This document shows positions 9,394 through 19,822 of a DNA stretch of 23,128 nucleotides, in pieces. A model generated the notes under the pieces. It ran no database searches. It saw nothing but the letters and a program-made list of their open reading frames with translations, and was not told the DNA's origin. This stretch comes from Pseudothermotoga sp. (GTDB lineage: Bacteria; Thermotogota; Thermotogae; Thermotogales; DSM-5069), in NCBI GenBank assembly GCA_041640575.1, contig JBEPZZ010000028.1:1-23128 (forward strand). Reading direction: 5' to 3'. Each line of letters begins with the position of its first letter. Position 1 is the first letter of the stretch. Made by a program: the position numbers and the translations under genes.

Positions 9394-10446
9394 ATGATTC
9401 TTAAGACCTTAACGATGGAATGGACTGGTGAATCACTAATCCTTGTCGATCAAAGAAAACTACCCCATGTAAAAGAATTTGTAGAGTGCAAAACATTTGA
9501 AGACGTAGCTTCTGCGATAAAACAAATGGTTATCCGCGGTGCGCCTGCGATTGGTGTAGCCGCGGCTTTCGGATTTGTGCTTGGTGCAAAGCAATTCTCC
9601 GAAAAGAAGAATGATTTCCCTGAAATGATGAAGAAAGTCCGTCAGATCTTGGCTTCAACCAGGCCGACAGCAGTAAATTTGTTCTGGGCCTTAGAAAGAA
9701 TGGAGAAAGTACTCTCGGAAAATAGTAGTTTGGATACCCAGGATGTTACGAGAGCTTTAGAGGTTGAAGCAATAAAAATGGCACATGAGGATATCAATAC
9801 TAATCGTTTGATAGGAATGTATGGTCAAACGCTTCTTAAAGACGGTGACACTGTTTTGACTCACTGTAACGCTGGGGCTCTCGCAACCGTAGATTACGGT
9901 ACTGCAATAGGTGTCATAAGAGCTGCAGTAGAAAATGGTAAGAGGATAAGGGTCTTTGTTGACGAAACCAGGCCCTACTTACAAGGTGCTCGTTTGACGG
10001 CATGGGAACTAGTTCAGCTTGGTGTGGAAACTGTTTTGATCACAGATAATATGGCTGGTTGGGTTATGAAAAAAGGATGGGTTAATGCTGTCATAGTTGG
10101 TGCGGATAGAATAGCTGCGAATGGCGACGTAGCAAATAAGATTGGTACGTATTCAGTGGCTGTTCTAGCGAAAAAGCACAATGTTCCATTTTATGTCGCT
10201 GCACCTATTTCAACAATAGATCTCAAGACAAAAGATGGTTCACAAATACCAATTGAGGAGCGATCGCATCAAGAAGTTACACACATCCTTGGAACGAAAA
10301 TAGCCCCAGAAGGAGTCGGGGTTTTTAACCCCGCTTTTGACGTCACTGATAGCGAACTCATCACTGCTATAATTACCGACCGAGGTATCGTTAGGCCACC
10401 TTATTTTGAGAATCTCAGCAAATTATTTGTGAGTGAAATTTTATGA
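9394..10446 (+). CDS. mtnA: S-methyl-5-thioribose-1-phosphate isomerase
   Basis: DQRKLP, MVIRGAPAIG, TRPTAVNLFWA, LTHCNAGALAT, DETRPYLQGARLTAWEL, GADRIAANGDVANKIGTY and NPAFDVT. Confidence 0.96.
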   Translation: MILKTLTMEWTGESLILVDQRKLPHVKEFVECKTFEDVASAIKQMVIRGAPAIGVAAAFGFVLGAKQFSEKKNDFPEMMKKVRQILASTRPTAVNLFWALERMEKVLSENSSLDTQDVTRALEVEAIKMAHEDINTNRLIGMYGQTLLKDGDTVLTHCNAGALATVDYGTAIGVIRAAVENGKRIRVFVDETRPYLQGARLTAWELVQLGVETVLITDNMAGWVMKKGWVNAVIVGADRIAANGDVANKIGTYSVAVLAKKHNVPFYVAAPISTIDLKTKDGSQIPIEERSHQEVTHILGTKIAPEGVGVFNPAFDVTDSELITAIITDRGIVRPPYFENLSKLFVSEIL

Positions 10447-10895
10447 GAATAACTCCCCCAGAGGACTGGAACTTACGTAGTTCTGAGATTAAAAGAAAAA
10501 AGATTTCGAAAAGCAGTACAAAGAAAGTAGATTCTACCGAAACAAAGTTTTCCGAAGTCTTTGAAATAGCCGAAGAGGAAAGACTGACGGAACTTCTTGA
10601 TAATCTGATAAGAAGAATAGTAGAATGTGGGAACAATTTGGTTAGATCACCAACACAGGAAAATTTTAGAAAGTATCGGGAAAGTGTTAAGGAGTTTCTA
10701 AAGCTAATTGAGAAAAAACTTTACAAAACATCAAAAGGACTTCAGCAAAACATGGAAATTTTCGTTGTCGCAAACGAAGTTGATGAAAGACTGCAACAAA
10801 TAGCTCAAGATTTGTTAGAAGCAGAGAAAGGAGCTATGCGAATGGCTGCCAAAGTACAGGAAATATATGGACTATTGATGGATTTGTACAGGTGA
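10443..10895 (+). CDS. YaaR family protein (DUF327)
   Basis: G..L..SPT.EN..KYRE.VKEFL and EIYGLLMDLY; located directly upstream of holB, as in the Firmicutes yaaR-holB-yaaT order. Confidence 0.85.
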   Translation: MRITPPEDWNLRSSEIKRKKISKSSTKKVDSTETKFSEVFEIAEEERLTELLDNLIRRIVECGNNLVRSPTQENFRKYRESVKEFLKLIEKKLYKTSKGLQQNMEIFVVANEVDERLQQIAQDLLEAEKGAMRMAAKVQEIYGLLMDLYR

Positions 10896-11788
10896 TAAAT
10901 GTGAATGAACTTTTGAAACGCTTGTCCGAGCAATTGAGAGGTTTTTTAGTCAGAAACCTTGGTTCATCTATATGTGTTCGTTCAAGAATTCATGGCCTTG
11001 TGGAAACTGCTTTGCCCAGCCTATTAAGAGAAATAACCAAAGATTATCTAGTTCTTACAAACATTGGTATCGACGACGTTAGAACAATAACAGACTTCCT
11101 TTTCACATCAAGTCTGGATCAAATAAAAATTGTGGCAATTTTTCAGGCTGAAAATATTCTTCATGAAGCCGCAAACGCCCTTTTGAAAACATTAGAAGAA
11201 CCGCCATCAAAATCTGTTGTTTTACTTGCAACAACACGCTATTATGATCTGTTACCAACCATCAGAAGCAGGCTCAAGGTTTTCGATCTTTGCGTACCTG
11301 AAGAATATTATGCGAAACTTTTTGAGAAAATACAAAGAAATGATAGACCTGAATATCTATTCAGACTAGCTCAAAACGATTTCACTGTCTTTAAGTACCT
11401 GTTGGAGAACGAATTCTTTGTTGAAAACAAAACTTTTGAGGTCAACGAATTTTTGAGGCTTTTTGAAAGTGAGAAATTAGAAGCAAAGCAGAGAATAGAC
11501 CTGCTTTACATGATTGACGATTTAATGAATAAGCTTGTGAACAATAGAGAAGATTATCTTTTGCAACTTTATTCACAAATTGTTACAAGATTTGAACACA
11601 TAGATCCTGTGAATTTAATTTATGAATGCTGCCGCTCCATTCAAGTGATTCTTGAAGCAAAACAGATCAATGACACACAGTATGCAAAGTTTCTTGATTC
11701 AATCTTATCCAACAAGTTGAAAAATTTTAATACTGCTTTGACGCTGATCAACATTCTAATTCTTACGAAAAAAGTGATGAGAAGGTGA
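10892..11788 (+). CDS. holB: DNA polymerase III delta' subunit-like clamp-loader protein
   Basis: IGIDDVR, AANALLKTLEEPP and LLPTIRSR; no Walker A motif or Zn-finger visible; yaaR/ricT context. Confidence 0.8.
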   Translation: MINVNELLKRLSEQLRGFLVRNLGSSICVRSRIHGLVETALPSLLREITKDYLVLTNIGIDDVRTITDFLFTSSLDQIKIVAIFQAENILHEAANALLKTLEEPPSKSVVLLATTRYYDLLPTIRSRLKVFDLCVPEEYYAKLFEKIQRNDRPEYLFRLAQNDFTVFKYLLENEFFVENKTFEVNEFLRLFESEKLEAKQRIDLLYMIDDLMNKLVNNREDYLLQLYSQIVTRFEHIDPVNLIYECCRSIQVILEAKQINDTQYAKFLDSILSNKLKNFNTALTLINILILTKKVMRR

Positions 11789-12618
11789 TAGAAATGGAGC
11801 TTGTTGCTGTTGTCTATGGTGTAGAGATATTGCCCAAGGGCAAAATAGATTATTACTCAGAGAATGGTGAGAATATAAAACCGAAAGATTTGGTGCTTGT
11901 TATGACCGAATTTGGAATGGACGTTGGAAAAGTGATTTTCGGACCTAGGGAAATGAGCATTGAACAAGTCGAAACAGAACTCAAGCCCATAATTCGAAAA
12001 CTAACCGATGAGGATTTAGCCATTCATGAACAAAATGTCAGAGATGCAGAGGAAGCAGCAAAAATATGCAAAGAAAAAATTAAAGAACACCAACTACCCA
12101 TGAAATTATTACACGCGCGATATATGTTTGATAGATCCCGCTTGGTATTCTACTTCAGCTCAGAAACACGTGTTGATTTCAGGGAGTTAGTTAAAGATCT
12201 TGCAAGGATTTTTAAAACGAGAATTGAACTTCGCCAAGTCGGAGTTAGGGACGAACTAAAGTTTTTCGGTGGTATTGGCCTCTGTGGTTTACCAACTTGT
12301 TGTAGCACCTTTTTAAGGGATTTCGACAGTATAACACTAAAGCATGCGAAATGCCAGCAATTAATGATTAATACTGCAAAAATCTCCGGTGTTTGCAGAC
12401 GCCTTCTATGTTGTCTGCTGTACGAATATGAATTCTATTCGAAAGAAACAGAAGGTATACCAGGAGAAGGTGAATCAGTTGTTTATGAAGGCCAAAACTG
12501 CAAAGTTCAGACTGTTGACGTTTTTAAGAAAAGAGTTTTGTTGACCTCTGATGAGGGACAGATGATTTACGTGCCTTTCTCCTACTTTAGAGGTGAGCAA
12601 AGTGATTCAAATGGGTAA
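11785..12618 (+). CDS. ricT: PSP1-domain protein, RicT/YaaT family (predicted Fe-S binding)
   Basis: FYFSSETRVDFRELVKDLA..FKTRIELRQVGVRDE, GGIGLCGLPTCC and KISGVCRRLLCCL.YE. Confidence 0.9.
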   Translation: MIEMELVAVVYGVEILPKGKIDYYSENGENIKPKDLVLVMTEFGMDVGKVIFGPREMSIEQVETELKPIIRKLTDEDLAIHEQNVRDAEEAAKICKEKIKEHQLPMKLLHARYMFDRSRLVFYFSSETRVDFRELVKDLARIFKTRIELRQVGVRDELKFFGGIGLCGLPTCCSTFLRDFDSITLKHAKCQQLMINTAKISGVCRRLLCCLLYEYEFYSKETEGIPGEGESVVYEGQNCKVQTVDVFKKRVLLTSDEGQMIYVPFSYFRGEQSDSNG

Positions 12619-12823
12619 AATTTTGATCATTGTGGGTATTTTATTAATAGTCATAGGTGGTTTGATCTATCTAGGTGGAAGACTCATACCCATTGGCAGG
12701 CTACCCGGAGACATAGTAATCAAGAAAGAAAAAGTTGTCTTCTATTTTCCCTTGATGACATCTTTGATAATAAGCGGTATTTTGACCTTAATTTTTATGA
12801 TAATATCGAAACTAACAAAATAG
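12611..12823 (+). CDS. DUF2905 family small membrane protein
   Basis: MGKILIIVG..., GRLPGDIVI and FYFPLMTSLIIS; two transmembrane segments. Confidence 0.88.
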   Translation: MGKILIIVGILLIVIGGLIYLGGRLIPIGRLPGDIVIKKEKVVFYFPLMTSLIISGILTLIFMIISKLTK

Positions 12824-12852
12824 AATTTGCACGCAGCAAGGAGGTAATGATC

Positions 12853-14742
12853 ATGAAAGAATTTGATAAGTTAACATTAGCTCATCTAAAGAAAGTCGCA
12901 AGGCTATGTCGTGGAGATATTTTGAAGATGACTTATGTTGCAAATTCTGGCCATCCAGGTGGTTCACTGTCTTCTTTAGAGATTTTTTTGGCTGTGTATT
13001 CCTTTGCTAATATCGACCCAAAAAATCCTTGGGATCCACTCCGCGATCGAATAGTGATAAGTCATGGTCATACTTCACCAGGTGTTTATGCTGTTTTGGG
13101 ACGCTTAGGTTTTGTGAACACAGATGAGGTCATTGCTGGTTTCAGGCATCCAGCAAGCATTTTTGAGGGTCATGTTACACGTGGAATTCCAGGCGTAGAT
13201 TGGTCAACTGGAAACTTAGGGCAGGGATTGTCGGCGGGTGTTGGCTTTGCACTTGCTTCCAAAATTAAAGGGCAAAATTACCACGTCTATGTCCTAATGA
13301 GTGATGCTGAACAAGCAAAGGGGCAAGTTGCTGAAGCAAGACGCGCAGCTAAAAAATTCGGGCTTAGCAATATCACAGTGGTTATAGACTATAATGATGC
13401 CCAGATTTCCGGAAGAGCGCGCGATGTGATGCCTGTAAACATCCGAGCGAATTATGAGGCAGATGGCTGGCGCGTTTTGGAAGTAGATGGACATGACTTT
13501 GTTCAGTTATTCAATGCTTTGAAAGAAGCATATGAAGATAAACTAAATCCAGTAGCAATAATAGCCCATACTGTGATGGGAAAAGGCATTTCGTTCATGG
13601 AGAATGATGTATCATTCCATGGAAAGCCCTTGAATAAGGAGCAGCTTGATAAAGCTTTAGCAGAACTGGGTCTGGAAAACGATGTTGAAAAGTATATTCA
13701 AATCAGAAAAGAACTGCCTATTCAAAAACATGAACCTTTGAAGACCAGCTATCCAGTAAAAATAAAGATACCACCGGCTCGAACTTACACGGAAAAGACC
13801 GACAACAGAGGCGCCTTTGGCAAAGCTCTGCTGGATATTGTCAAAGCTAATTTGGACGAAGAAATGTTGGTTGTAGCAGTAGACTGCGATCTTGCTTCTT
13901 CTGTGAAACTTGATGAGGTACAGAAGCACGTGCCAGAAAACTTCATTCAAATAGGCGTTCAGGAACACAATGCTGCTGCAATTGCTGGAGCTCTTTCCTG
14001 TGAAGGAATAGTCACATTTTTTGCTGATTTTGGGGTCTTTGGCGTGAGTGAAACTTACAATCAGCACAGGCTGAATGCTATCAACAATACCAACCTAAAA
14101 GTTGTTGTAACTCATTGTGGATTAAATGTTGGCGAGGATGGAAAAACCCACCATTGTTTGGATTACATATCTGCCCCAGCAAACTGGATGGGGTACAAAG
14201 TGATAGTCCCGGCTGATCCAAATCAAACTGACAAAGTTATTCGTTACGTTGCGTCAGTTTATGGGAATTATCTTGTCTCCATGGGAAGGGCGAAGATTTC
14301 CCCCATAACTCGCGAGGATGGGTCAATTTTCTTTGGTCCGGATTACACTTTCGAGTATGGAAAGATTGATCTCATTCGGGACGGCTCAACTGTAACTATT
14401 ATCACTTGCGGTTCCACAGTTGAGAATGCTATAAAAGCTGCAGATCAATTTAAAGGGAAAGTTGCGGTTCTTAACGTGTCGTGCCCCTTTGACCTAGATG
14501 GTGAAGTGTTGCAAAATTACTGCTCACATAGAAAAGTATTGGTGGTAGAGGACCACGCAGGACAATTAGGGTTGGCGGCACTTGTTGCCAAGTTTTTGCT
14601 CAGCAACAAGATAGTCCCTCTACAATTTGAACATTTAGCGGTCGAAGAACATGCAGTTTCGGGACCTTACGAGGCTCTGTACGATTTGTATAACCTGAGT
14701 CCAAGAAAGATAGCAGAAAAATTGGAGATGATGATGAGGTGA
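12853..14742 (+). CDS. tkt: Transketolase (single-chain)
   Basis: SGHPGGSLS, DRIVISHGH, STGNLGQG, TPP-binding SDAE..KG...DYNDAQISG, GVQEHNA and GEDGKTH. SD AAGGAGGT spacing favours ATG 12853 over 12847. Confidence 0.93.
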   Translation: MKEFDKLTLAHLKKVARLCRGDILKMTYVANSGHPGGSLSSLEIFLAVYSFANIDPKNPWDPLRDRIVISHGHTSPGVYAVLGRLGFVNTDEVIAGFRHPASIFEGHVTRGIPGVDWSTGNLGQGLSAGVGFALASKIKGQNYHVYVLMSDAEQAKGQVAEARRAAKKFGLSNITVVIDYNDAQISGRARDVMPVNIRANYEADGWRVLEVDGHDFVQLFNALKEAYEDKLNPVAIIAHTVMGKGISFMENDVSFHGKPLNKEQLDKALAELGLENDVEKYIQIRKELPIQKHEPLKTSYPVKIKIPPARTYTEKTDNRGAFGKALLDIVKANLDEEMLVVAVDCDLASSVKLDEVQKHVPENFIQIGVQEHNAAAIAGALSCEGIVTFFADFGVFGVSETYNQHRLNAINNTNLKVVVTHCGLNVGEDGKTHHCLDYISAPANWMGYKVIVPADPNQTDKVIRYVASVYGNYLVSMGRAKISPITREDGSIFFGPDYTFEYGKIDLIRDGSTVTIITCGSTVENAIKAADQFKGKVAVLNVSCPFDLDGEVLQNYCSHRKVLVVEDHAGQLGLAALVAKFLLSNKIVPLQFEHLAVEEHAVSGPYEALYDLYNLSPRKIAEKLEMMMR

Positions 14743-15464
14743 CCGATGAAGAATTAAGAAACGTTATCAATTTGATGGAAAAATTAGGATATCGTTTTCT
14801 CGAACCCAAGCTTTTGTTCACAGCCTTATGCCATTCGTCATACGTACATGAACAGAAGCAGAAAGGAAGGAACAACATAGAATCAAACGAAAGGCTAGAA
14901 TTCCTTGGTGATTCCGTCGCTGAAATTTTGGTTTCAGATTATCTTTATAAAACTTTTTCAAACTACTCCGAAGGCGCTATGGCTAAGATAAAAGCAGCTA
15001 TAGCTAGCGAAGAAGCTTTGTCCCAAATAGCGAAAGATATGGGGCTCGGTAATTTCGTGTTTCTTGGAAAAGGCGAGGAAATGACAGGTGGGAGGGATAG
15101 AGATTCTATACTCTCAGACACACTTGAAGCCTTCATTGGAGCTATCTATATTGACGGCGGATTCGAGGCTGTCAGAAGAGTTGTTTTCCCATATTTTGAG
15201 CATTATATAAAGGAAATTGCCGATGGTAAGATTGTATTTGACCACAAAACTGCGCTTCAAGAAATAACTCAAGCGCGATTTAAGACACTCCCAAAATACG
15301 TTTTGGTAAAGGAAGAGGGACCATCTCATATGAAACGTTTCACAGTAGAACTAAGGGTGAAAAGAAGAGTTCTCGCGGTTGGTGAAGGTTCATCGATAAA
15401 AGAAGCGGAAAAAGCCGCTGCAAAAATTGCTCTTGAAAGACTTAAAAAGGAGGAAAAATATTGA
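14739..15464 (+). CDS. rnc: Ribonuclease III
   Basis: NERLEFLGDSV signature, DTLEAFIGAIYIDGG and a C-terminal dsRBD (KTALQE...EGPSH..F...GEGSSIKEAE). Confidence 0.97.
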   Translation: MTDEELRNVINLMEKLGYRFLEPKLLFTALCHSSYVHEQKQKGRNNIESNERLEFLGDSVAEILVSDYLYKTFSNYSEGAMAKIKAAIASEEALSQIAKDMGLGNFVFLGKGEEMTGGRDRDSILSDTLEAFIGAIYIDGGFEAVRRVVFPYFEHYIKEIADGKIVFDHKTALQEITQARFKTLPKYVLVKEEGPSHMKRFTVELRVKRRVLAVGEGSSIKEAEKAAAKIALERLKKEEKY

Positions 15465-16438
15465 AAATTCTTCCAGTGTTTATTCCACAAGGTGGTTGCA
15501 AAAATAGGTGCTCGTTCTGCAATCAAATAGAAATAACAGGCTTGGCTAAACAACAAACATTTGAGGAACTTGACGAACTGGCAAGCAGGTACATTTCCAC
15601 AGCCGGAAGATTTGAGATAGCTTTTTACGGTGGAACTTTTACAGCTCTCCCAAGGTTAGAACAACTAAAATATCTTCGTTGGGCACATCGCTATGTCGAA
15701 GCAGGAATCTGCACGGGGATTAGAATTTCAACAAGACCAGATGAAATCGATCAAGAAAGAATTGAATTCCTAAAGTGCCACGGCGTTAATTTTGTCGAGC
15801 TCGGTGTCCAATCCTTCGATGACGAAGTTCTGGCAACTGCAAAACGTGGATATACCAATGGGGATGTTATACGCAGCTGTTCTGTTCTAAAAAGAAATCA
15901 AATAAGATTTGGAATACATTTGATGGTCGGACTTCCAAAAGATGATAGCTCAAAAGACCTCCTGAGTGCTATGAAAACTGTCGAAATCGGAGCAAGTACA
16001 TGTAGGATTCATCCTACACTGATTCTCAAGGGCACGTTACTCGAAAAATGGTACAGACAAGGAATTTACGAGCCTATTAGCTTAGAAGATGCAGTTGAAG
16101 TGTCAAGCGATATGCTTGCTATTTTACTGTCTAGCGGTGTTGAAGTTATACGTATAGGTTTATTTGTCCCGGAAAATCAGAAAAATCAAATTGTGGCTGG
16201 CCCATACCATCCTAGGTTGGGAGAAATTGTTAAAATTAACTTACTGAAAAAATTGGCGGCATTTCTAAGTTGCGAAACTTTTGTGTCTGAAGGCAGGAAT
16301 TTGACGATCAATGAGATTCGAAGCGCTGGATATCTGAAAAAGGATTTTTCTTTTGTAATTGGAGATAGAGTAATAAGTTTTTCCGAAGCTTTACAAAAAT
16401 ATGTTGGAGGTGTTTTGATGTGTTCGAAGACGTCTTGA
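15461..16438 (+). CDS. Radical SAM protein, Elp3/YhcC-like, function unknown
   Basis: [16 protein letters not shown] (CxxxCxxC), [30 protein letters not shown] and AGPYHP..GE. Confidence 0.9.
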   Translation: MKILPVFIPQGGCKNRCSFCNQIEITGLAKQQTFEELDELASRYISTAGRFEIAFYGGTFTALPRLEQLKYLRWAHRYVEAGICTGIRISTRPDEIDQERIEFLKCHGVNFVELGVQSFDDEVLATAKRGYTNGDVIRSCSVLKRNQIRFGIHLMVGLPKDDSSKDLLSAMKTVEIGASTCRIHPTLILKGTLLEKWYRQGIYEPISLEDAVEVSSDMLAILLSSGVEVIRIGLFVPENQKNQIVAGPYHPRLGEIVKINLLKKLAAFLSCETFVSEGRNLTINEIRSAGYLKKDFSFVIGDRVISFSEALQKYVGGVLMCSKTS

Positions 16439-17427
16439 AAAGAGCGGTTTCTGATATCAATAGCGTGGATAAATTGGCAGATCTAGAGAAAATAAGAGTA
16501 CTTTACCTTGGCAGAAAGGGTATAATAACCGAACAAATGAGAAATATCGGCAAGCTACCAATTGAAGAAAGACCAAGAGTTGGAAAGCTTTTGAACGAAC
16601 TAAGAGATGAGGTAGAACGCCTCCTCCAAGAAAGAGAAGCACTTCTAAAACGTGTAGAAGAAGAGCGAATGATTGAAAAACTCTGGGTTGATGTGACTTT
16701 ACCAGGTGCAAGAAGAAAGGTTGGCCATAGACATCCGATCTCAAAAACTCTAGAAGAAATTGAAACCATATTTGTCTCCATGGGATTCGAAGTTGTGGAA
16801 GGCCCAGAAGTAGAAGACACTTGGCACAATTTTGATTCTCTAAATACGCCGGAATGGCATCCAGCAAGAGACGAACATGATTCGTTCTACCTGACTCAGA
16901 ATTTGGTCTTACGAACCCATACATCACCAGTCCAGATAAGAACGATGCTTTCCAAGCAACCACCCATTGCAATAATCTCTCCTGGAAAAGTGTATAGAAG
17001 AGATTACGACGCAACTCATCTTCCGATGTTCACTCAGGTTGAAGGACTTTATGTGGATGAGAAAGTCAGTGTGGCTCACCTCAAGTACGTTCTTGAGCGT
17101 TTTGCTCAGGAAGTTTTTGGAAAAGACAGAAGGATACTGCTTAGACCAAGCTTTTTCCCCTTCACTGAACCAAGCTTTGAAGTAGATGTTTCATGTGGAG
17201 TATGTGGAGGTAGAGGATGTCAAGCGTGTGGATACACAGGTTGGTTGGAAATACTGGGAGCTGGAATGGTGCATCCAAATGTCTTCAAAAACGTTGGATA
17301 TGATCCAGAAAGATGGACTGGATTTGCATTTGGAATGGGAGTTGAACGTATTACGATGCTTAAATACAATCTAAAAGATATACGGGATTTCATACAAAAC
17401 GATAAACGTTTTCTTGAACATTTCTGA
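16420..17427 (+). CDS. pheS: Phenylalanine--tRNA ligase alpha subunit
   Basis: [48 protein letters not shown] and [13 protein letters not shown]; Cys-rich [12 protein letters not shown] insert. Confidence 0.98.
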   Translation: MFEDVLKRAVSDINSVDKLADLEKIRVLYLGRKGIITEQMRNIGKLPIEERPRVGKLLNELRDEVERLLQEREALLKRVEEERMIEKLWVDVTLPGARRKVGHRHPISKTLEEIETIFVSMGFEVVEGPEVEDTWHNFDSLNTPEWHPARDEHDSFYLTQNLVLRTHTSPVQIRTMLSKQPPIAIISPGKVYRRDYDATHLPMFTQVEGLYVDEKVSVAHLKYVLERFAQEVFGKDRRILLRPSFFPFTEPSFEVDVSCGVCGGRGCQACGYTGWLEILGAGMVHPNVFKNVGYDPERWTGFAFGMGVERITMLKYNLKDIRDFIQNDKRFLEHF

Positions 17428-17446
17428 CCTTTGGAGGGATGAATTA

Positions 17447-19822
17447 ATGTTGGTTCCTATAGAATGGTTGAAAGAATTGGTTGAGATTGATTGGTCAGTC
17501 CAAAAACTTGCTGAAGCATTGACCTTGACAGGATTGAAAGTTGAAGGAATATTTCATCCTTTTGCTCAGGGGAACATTGTTTGTGCAGAAGTTGTTGAAA
17601 CCTCAGTTCATTCACAGTCAAATAAGCTCAAAATTTGTAAAGTCTACGATGGAAAAAACGTATATACTACAGTTACTTCAGACATGAAAGTAGAAAAAGG
17701 GTCGAAAATTCCTTTAGCGCTTCCATCGACTAAACTTGCAAATTCACATGTAGTTGAACCTGCAAATATAAAAGGTGTTACTTCTGAAGCAGTGATGTGT
17801 TCTCTGGAAGAGCTTGGTCTTGAGCCAAAATCTGACGGAGTTTGTCTGATCGGCAAAACTGTAGAAGATGTTCCATTGGGAGCCGATATTCTTGAATACT
17901 GGAAACTGAAAGATCCCGTTCTTGACATAGAGGTTACACCTAACAGGCCAGACTGCCTTGGCATTATCGGTGTAGCAAGAGAAATCGGCGCTTTGACTGG
18001 CCAAACAATTAGAAAACCACAAACATCATATCCAGTTATCGAATTTCCGGCCGAAAAATTTATAAAGGTAAGAATTGAAGATACCGACGGATGCCCAAGA
18101 TATTGCGCAGCTTTTATTCAAAACGTAAACGTTAGGCCGAGTCCCATTTGGATTAAAAGAAGGCTTATGGCTTGTGGAATAAGGCCGATCAACAACCTGG
18201 TTGACTCAACGAATTACGTAATGCTGGAAACTGGTCATCCGACCCACGCATTTGATTATGAAAAAATCTATGATGCAACGATTATAGTTAGAAAAGCAAA
18301 AGCTGGAGAACGAGTAAAGTTACTCGATGAAAAAGATTATGAACTTAAAGGCCAAGAAACGTTGATCGCTGACCCAAAAGACGTACTTGCCATTGGTGGG
18401 GTCATGGGAGCGATGAATTCAGGTGTTACTGACCAAACGACACAAGTTCTGCTCGAAGTCGCATATTTTAACCCGGTCAGAATAAGGAAAACATCGAAGT
18501 CACTTAACATAAAGTCTGATGCTGCATACAGATTTGAGAGAGGTGTTGATCCCAACGATGTTCCATTTGTTATGAAGAGGCTTTTGACAGTTCTTTCAGA
18601 AATCAGTGGAGCTGTTTCCGCCAATGGTTTCGTTGATTGTTACCCAGGTAAAATGGAGAATCGAGTCGTGACTCTGCGAAAGCAGAAGATTTCATCAATA
18701 CTTGGTGTAGATCCTGGGGAAGAAACTAACAGAATTTTGCGCTCCTTGGAAATGCAAGTGGAAGACCGTGGTGACATCATAAGAGTTACCGTGCCAACTT
18801 TCAGACCGGATATTTCAATTGAAGAGGATCTGATAGAAGAGGTTGGAAGAATTTATGGTTATTCTAAAGTTGAACCTATAGCCCCGCGAATCTTGGTCAG
18901 GGGACGTGGGTGGAATGAAAAGCAACTCTTTAGAAAAAAATTGAGAGAACATCTCTTATCACTTGGATTTGACGAAACCATCAATCTATCGTTCTGCTCA
19001 TCTAAATTGATCTCGAAATTGATGGATGTAAAACCAGTGAAGTTAATTAATCCACTATCGGAAGACATGGACAGTTTGAGACCATCACTTTTATTCGGCC
19101 TCATAGATTCTCTAGCTTTCAATTATCGGAGGCAAATGAGAGATTTAAAGTATTTCGAGATTGCCAAAGTTTTCCATGCTGCTGACGAAGGAATTATAGA
19201 AAAGGAATACTTGGGTATGATTGCAACAGGTCGAACTGACGAAGATAATTATCGATACCAAAGCGAGATTGATTTTCACATATTTAAGGGATATCTAGAC
19301 TCTATAGCAAACCACTTTGGCTTAGACCTTTCTGTTGTTCCCATTAATTGTTCATGGTTTACCCCTGGTAGATCTGCAGTAGTAAAAATTGGAAATCTTG
19401 AGGTTGGAAAGATTGGTATGCTTGCAAACTTAGTGCTTGAGAATTACGACTTAAAAGATGAAATATATTTCTTAGAGCTTGATTTTGATAGTTTGTTCTG
19501 TGCATTTCAGCCTGTTCGCCCCGTGAAGAACTTATCCAGTTTCCCTGCCGTTAGGAGAGATGTTTCGCTTCTCTTACCGATTGGTGTTTACTCTGGCGGA
19601 ATAATTAATTATCTTCTCTCATCAAACGAGTATGTTGAGACAGCTGGTGTATGTGATGTGTATAAAGGAAAAGACGTACCGGACAACATGAGAAGTGTGA
19701 CGTTCTACGTTGTATACAGAGCTTCTGATCGCTCTTTAACAGATGAAGAGGTGAACAAAATCTTTGAGAAAACGATTACAGAGATTGAGCAAAGATTTGG
19801 AGTGAAGAGAAGATTCTCATGA
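17447..19822 (+). CDS. pheT: Phenylalanine--tRNA ligase beta subunit
   Basis: EVTPNRPDCLG, RPINNLVD.TNYVMLETG.P.HAFD, RFERGVD, PTFRPDI..EEDLIEEV and FPAVRRD. Start re-called to ATG 17447 after GGAGG. Confidence 0.97.
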   Translation: MLVPIEWLKELVEIDWSVQKLAEALTLTGLKVEGIFHPFAQGNIVCAEVVETSVHSQSNKLKICKVYDGKNVYTTVTSDMKVEKGSKIPLALPSTKLANSHVVEPANIKGVTSEAVMCSLEELGLEPKSDGVCLIGKTVEDVPLGADILEYWKLKDPVLDIEVTPNRPDCLGIIGVAREIGALTGQTIRKPQTSYPVIEFPAEKFIKVRIEDTDGCPRYCAAFIQNVNVRPSPIWIKRRLMACGIRPINNLVDSTNYVMLETGHPTHAFDYEKIYDATIIVRKAKAGERVKLLDEKDYELKGQETLIADPKDVLAIGGVMGAMNSGVTDQTTQVLLEVAYFNPVRIRKTSKSLNIKSDAAYRFERGVDPNDVPFVMKRLLTVLSEISGAVSANGFVDCYPGKMENRVVTLRKQKISSILGVDPGEETNRILRSLEMQVEDRGDIIRVTVPTFRPDISIEEDLIEEVGRIYGYSKVEPIAPRILVRGRGWNEKQLFRKKLREHLLSLGFDETINLSFCSSKLISKLMDVKPVKLINPLSEDMDSLRPSLLFGLIDSLAFNYRRQMRDLKYFEIAKVFHAADEGIIEKEYLGMIATGRTDEDNYRYQSEIDFHIFKGYLDSIANHFGLDLSVVPINCSWFTPGRSAVVKIGNLEVGKIGMLANLVLENYDLKDEIYFLELDFDSLFCAFQPVRPVKNLSSFPAVRRDVSLLLPIGVYSGGIINYLLSSNEYVETAGVCDVYKGKDVPDNMRSVTFYVVYRASDRSLTDEEVNKIFEKTITEIEQRFGVKRRFS

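Noticed and set aside
16457..17014. 185 aa antisense ORF within pheS, plus the other antisense or nested ORFs within tctA, tctC, the PPIase, tkt and pheT
   Set aside because: Fully overlapped by well-supported genes and without recognisable motifs.
17190..17230. CxxC...CxxC insert in PheS
   Set aside because: A known feature of many bacterial PheS proteins, so not novel.
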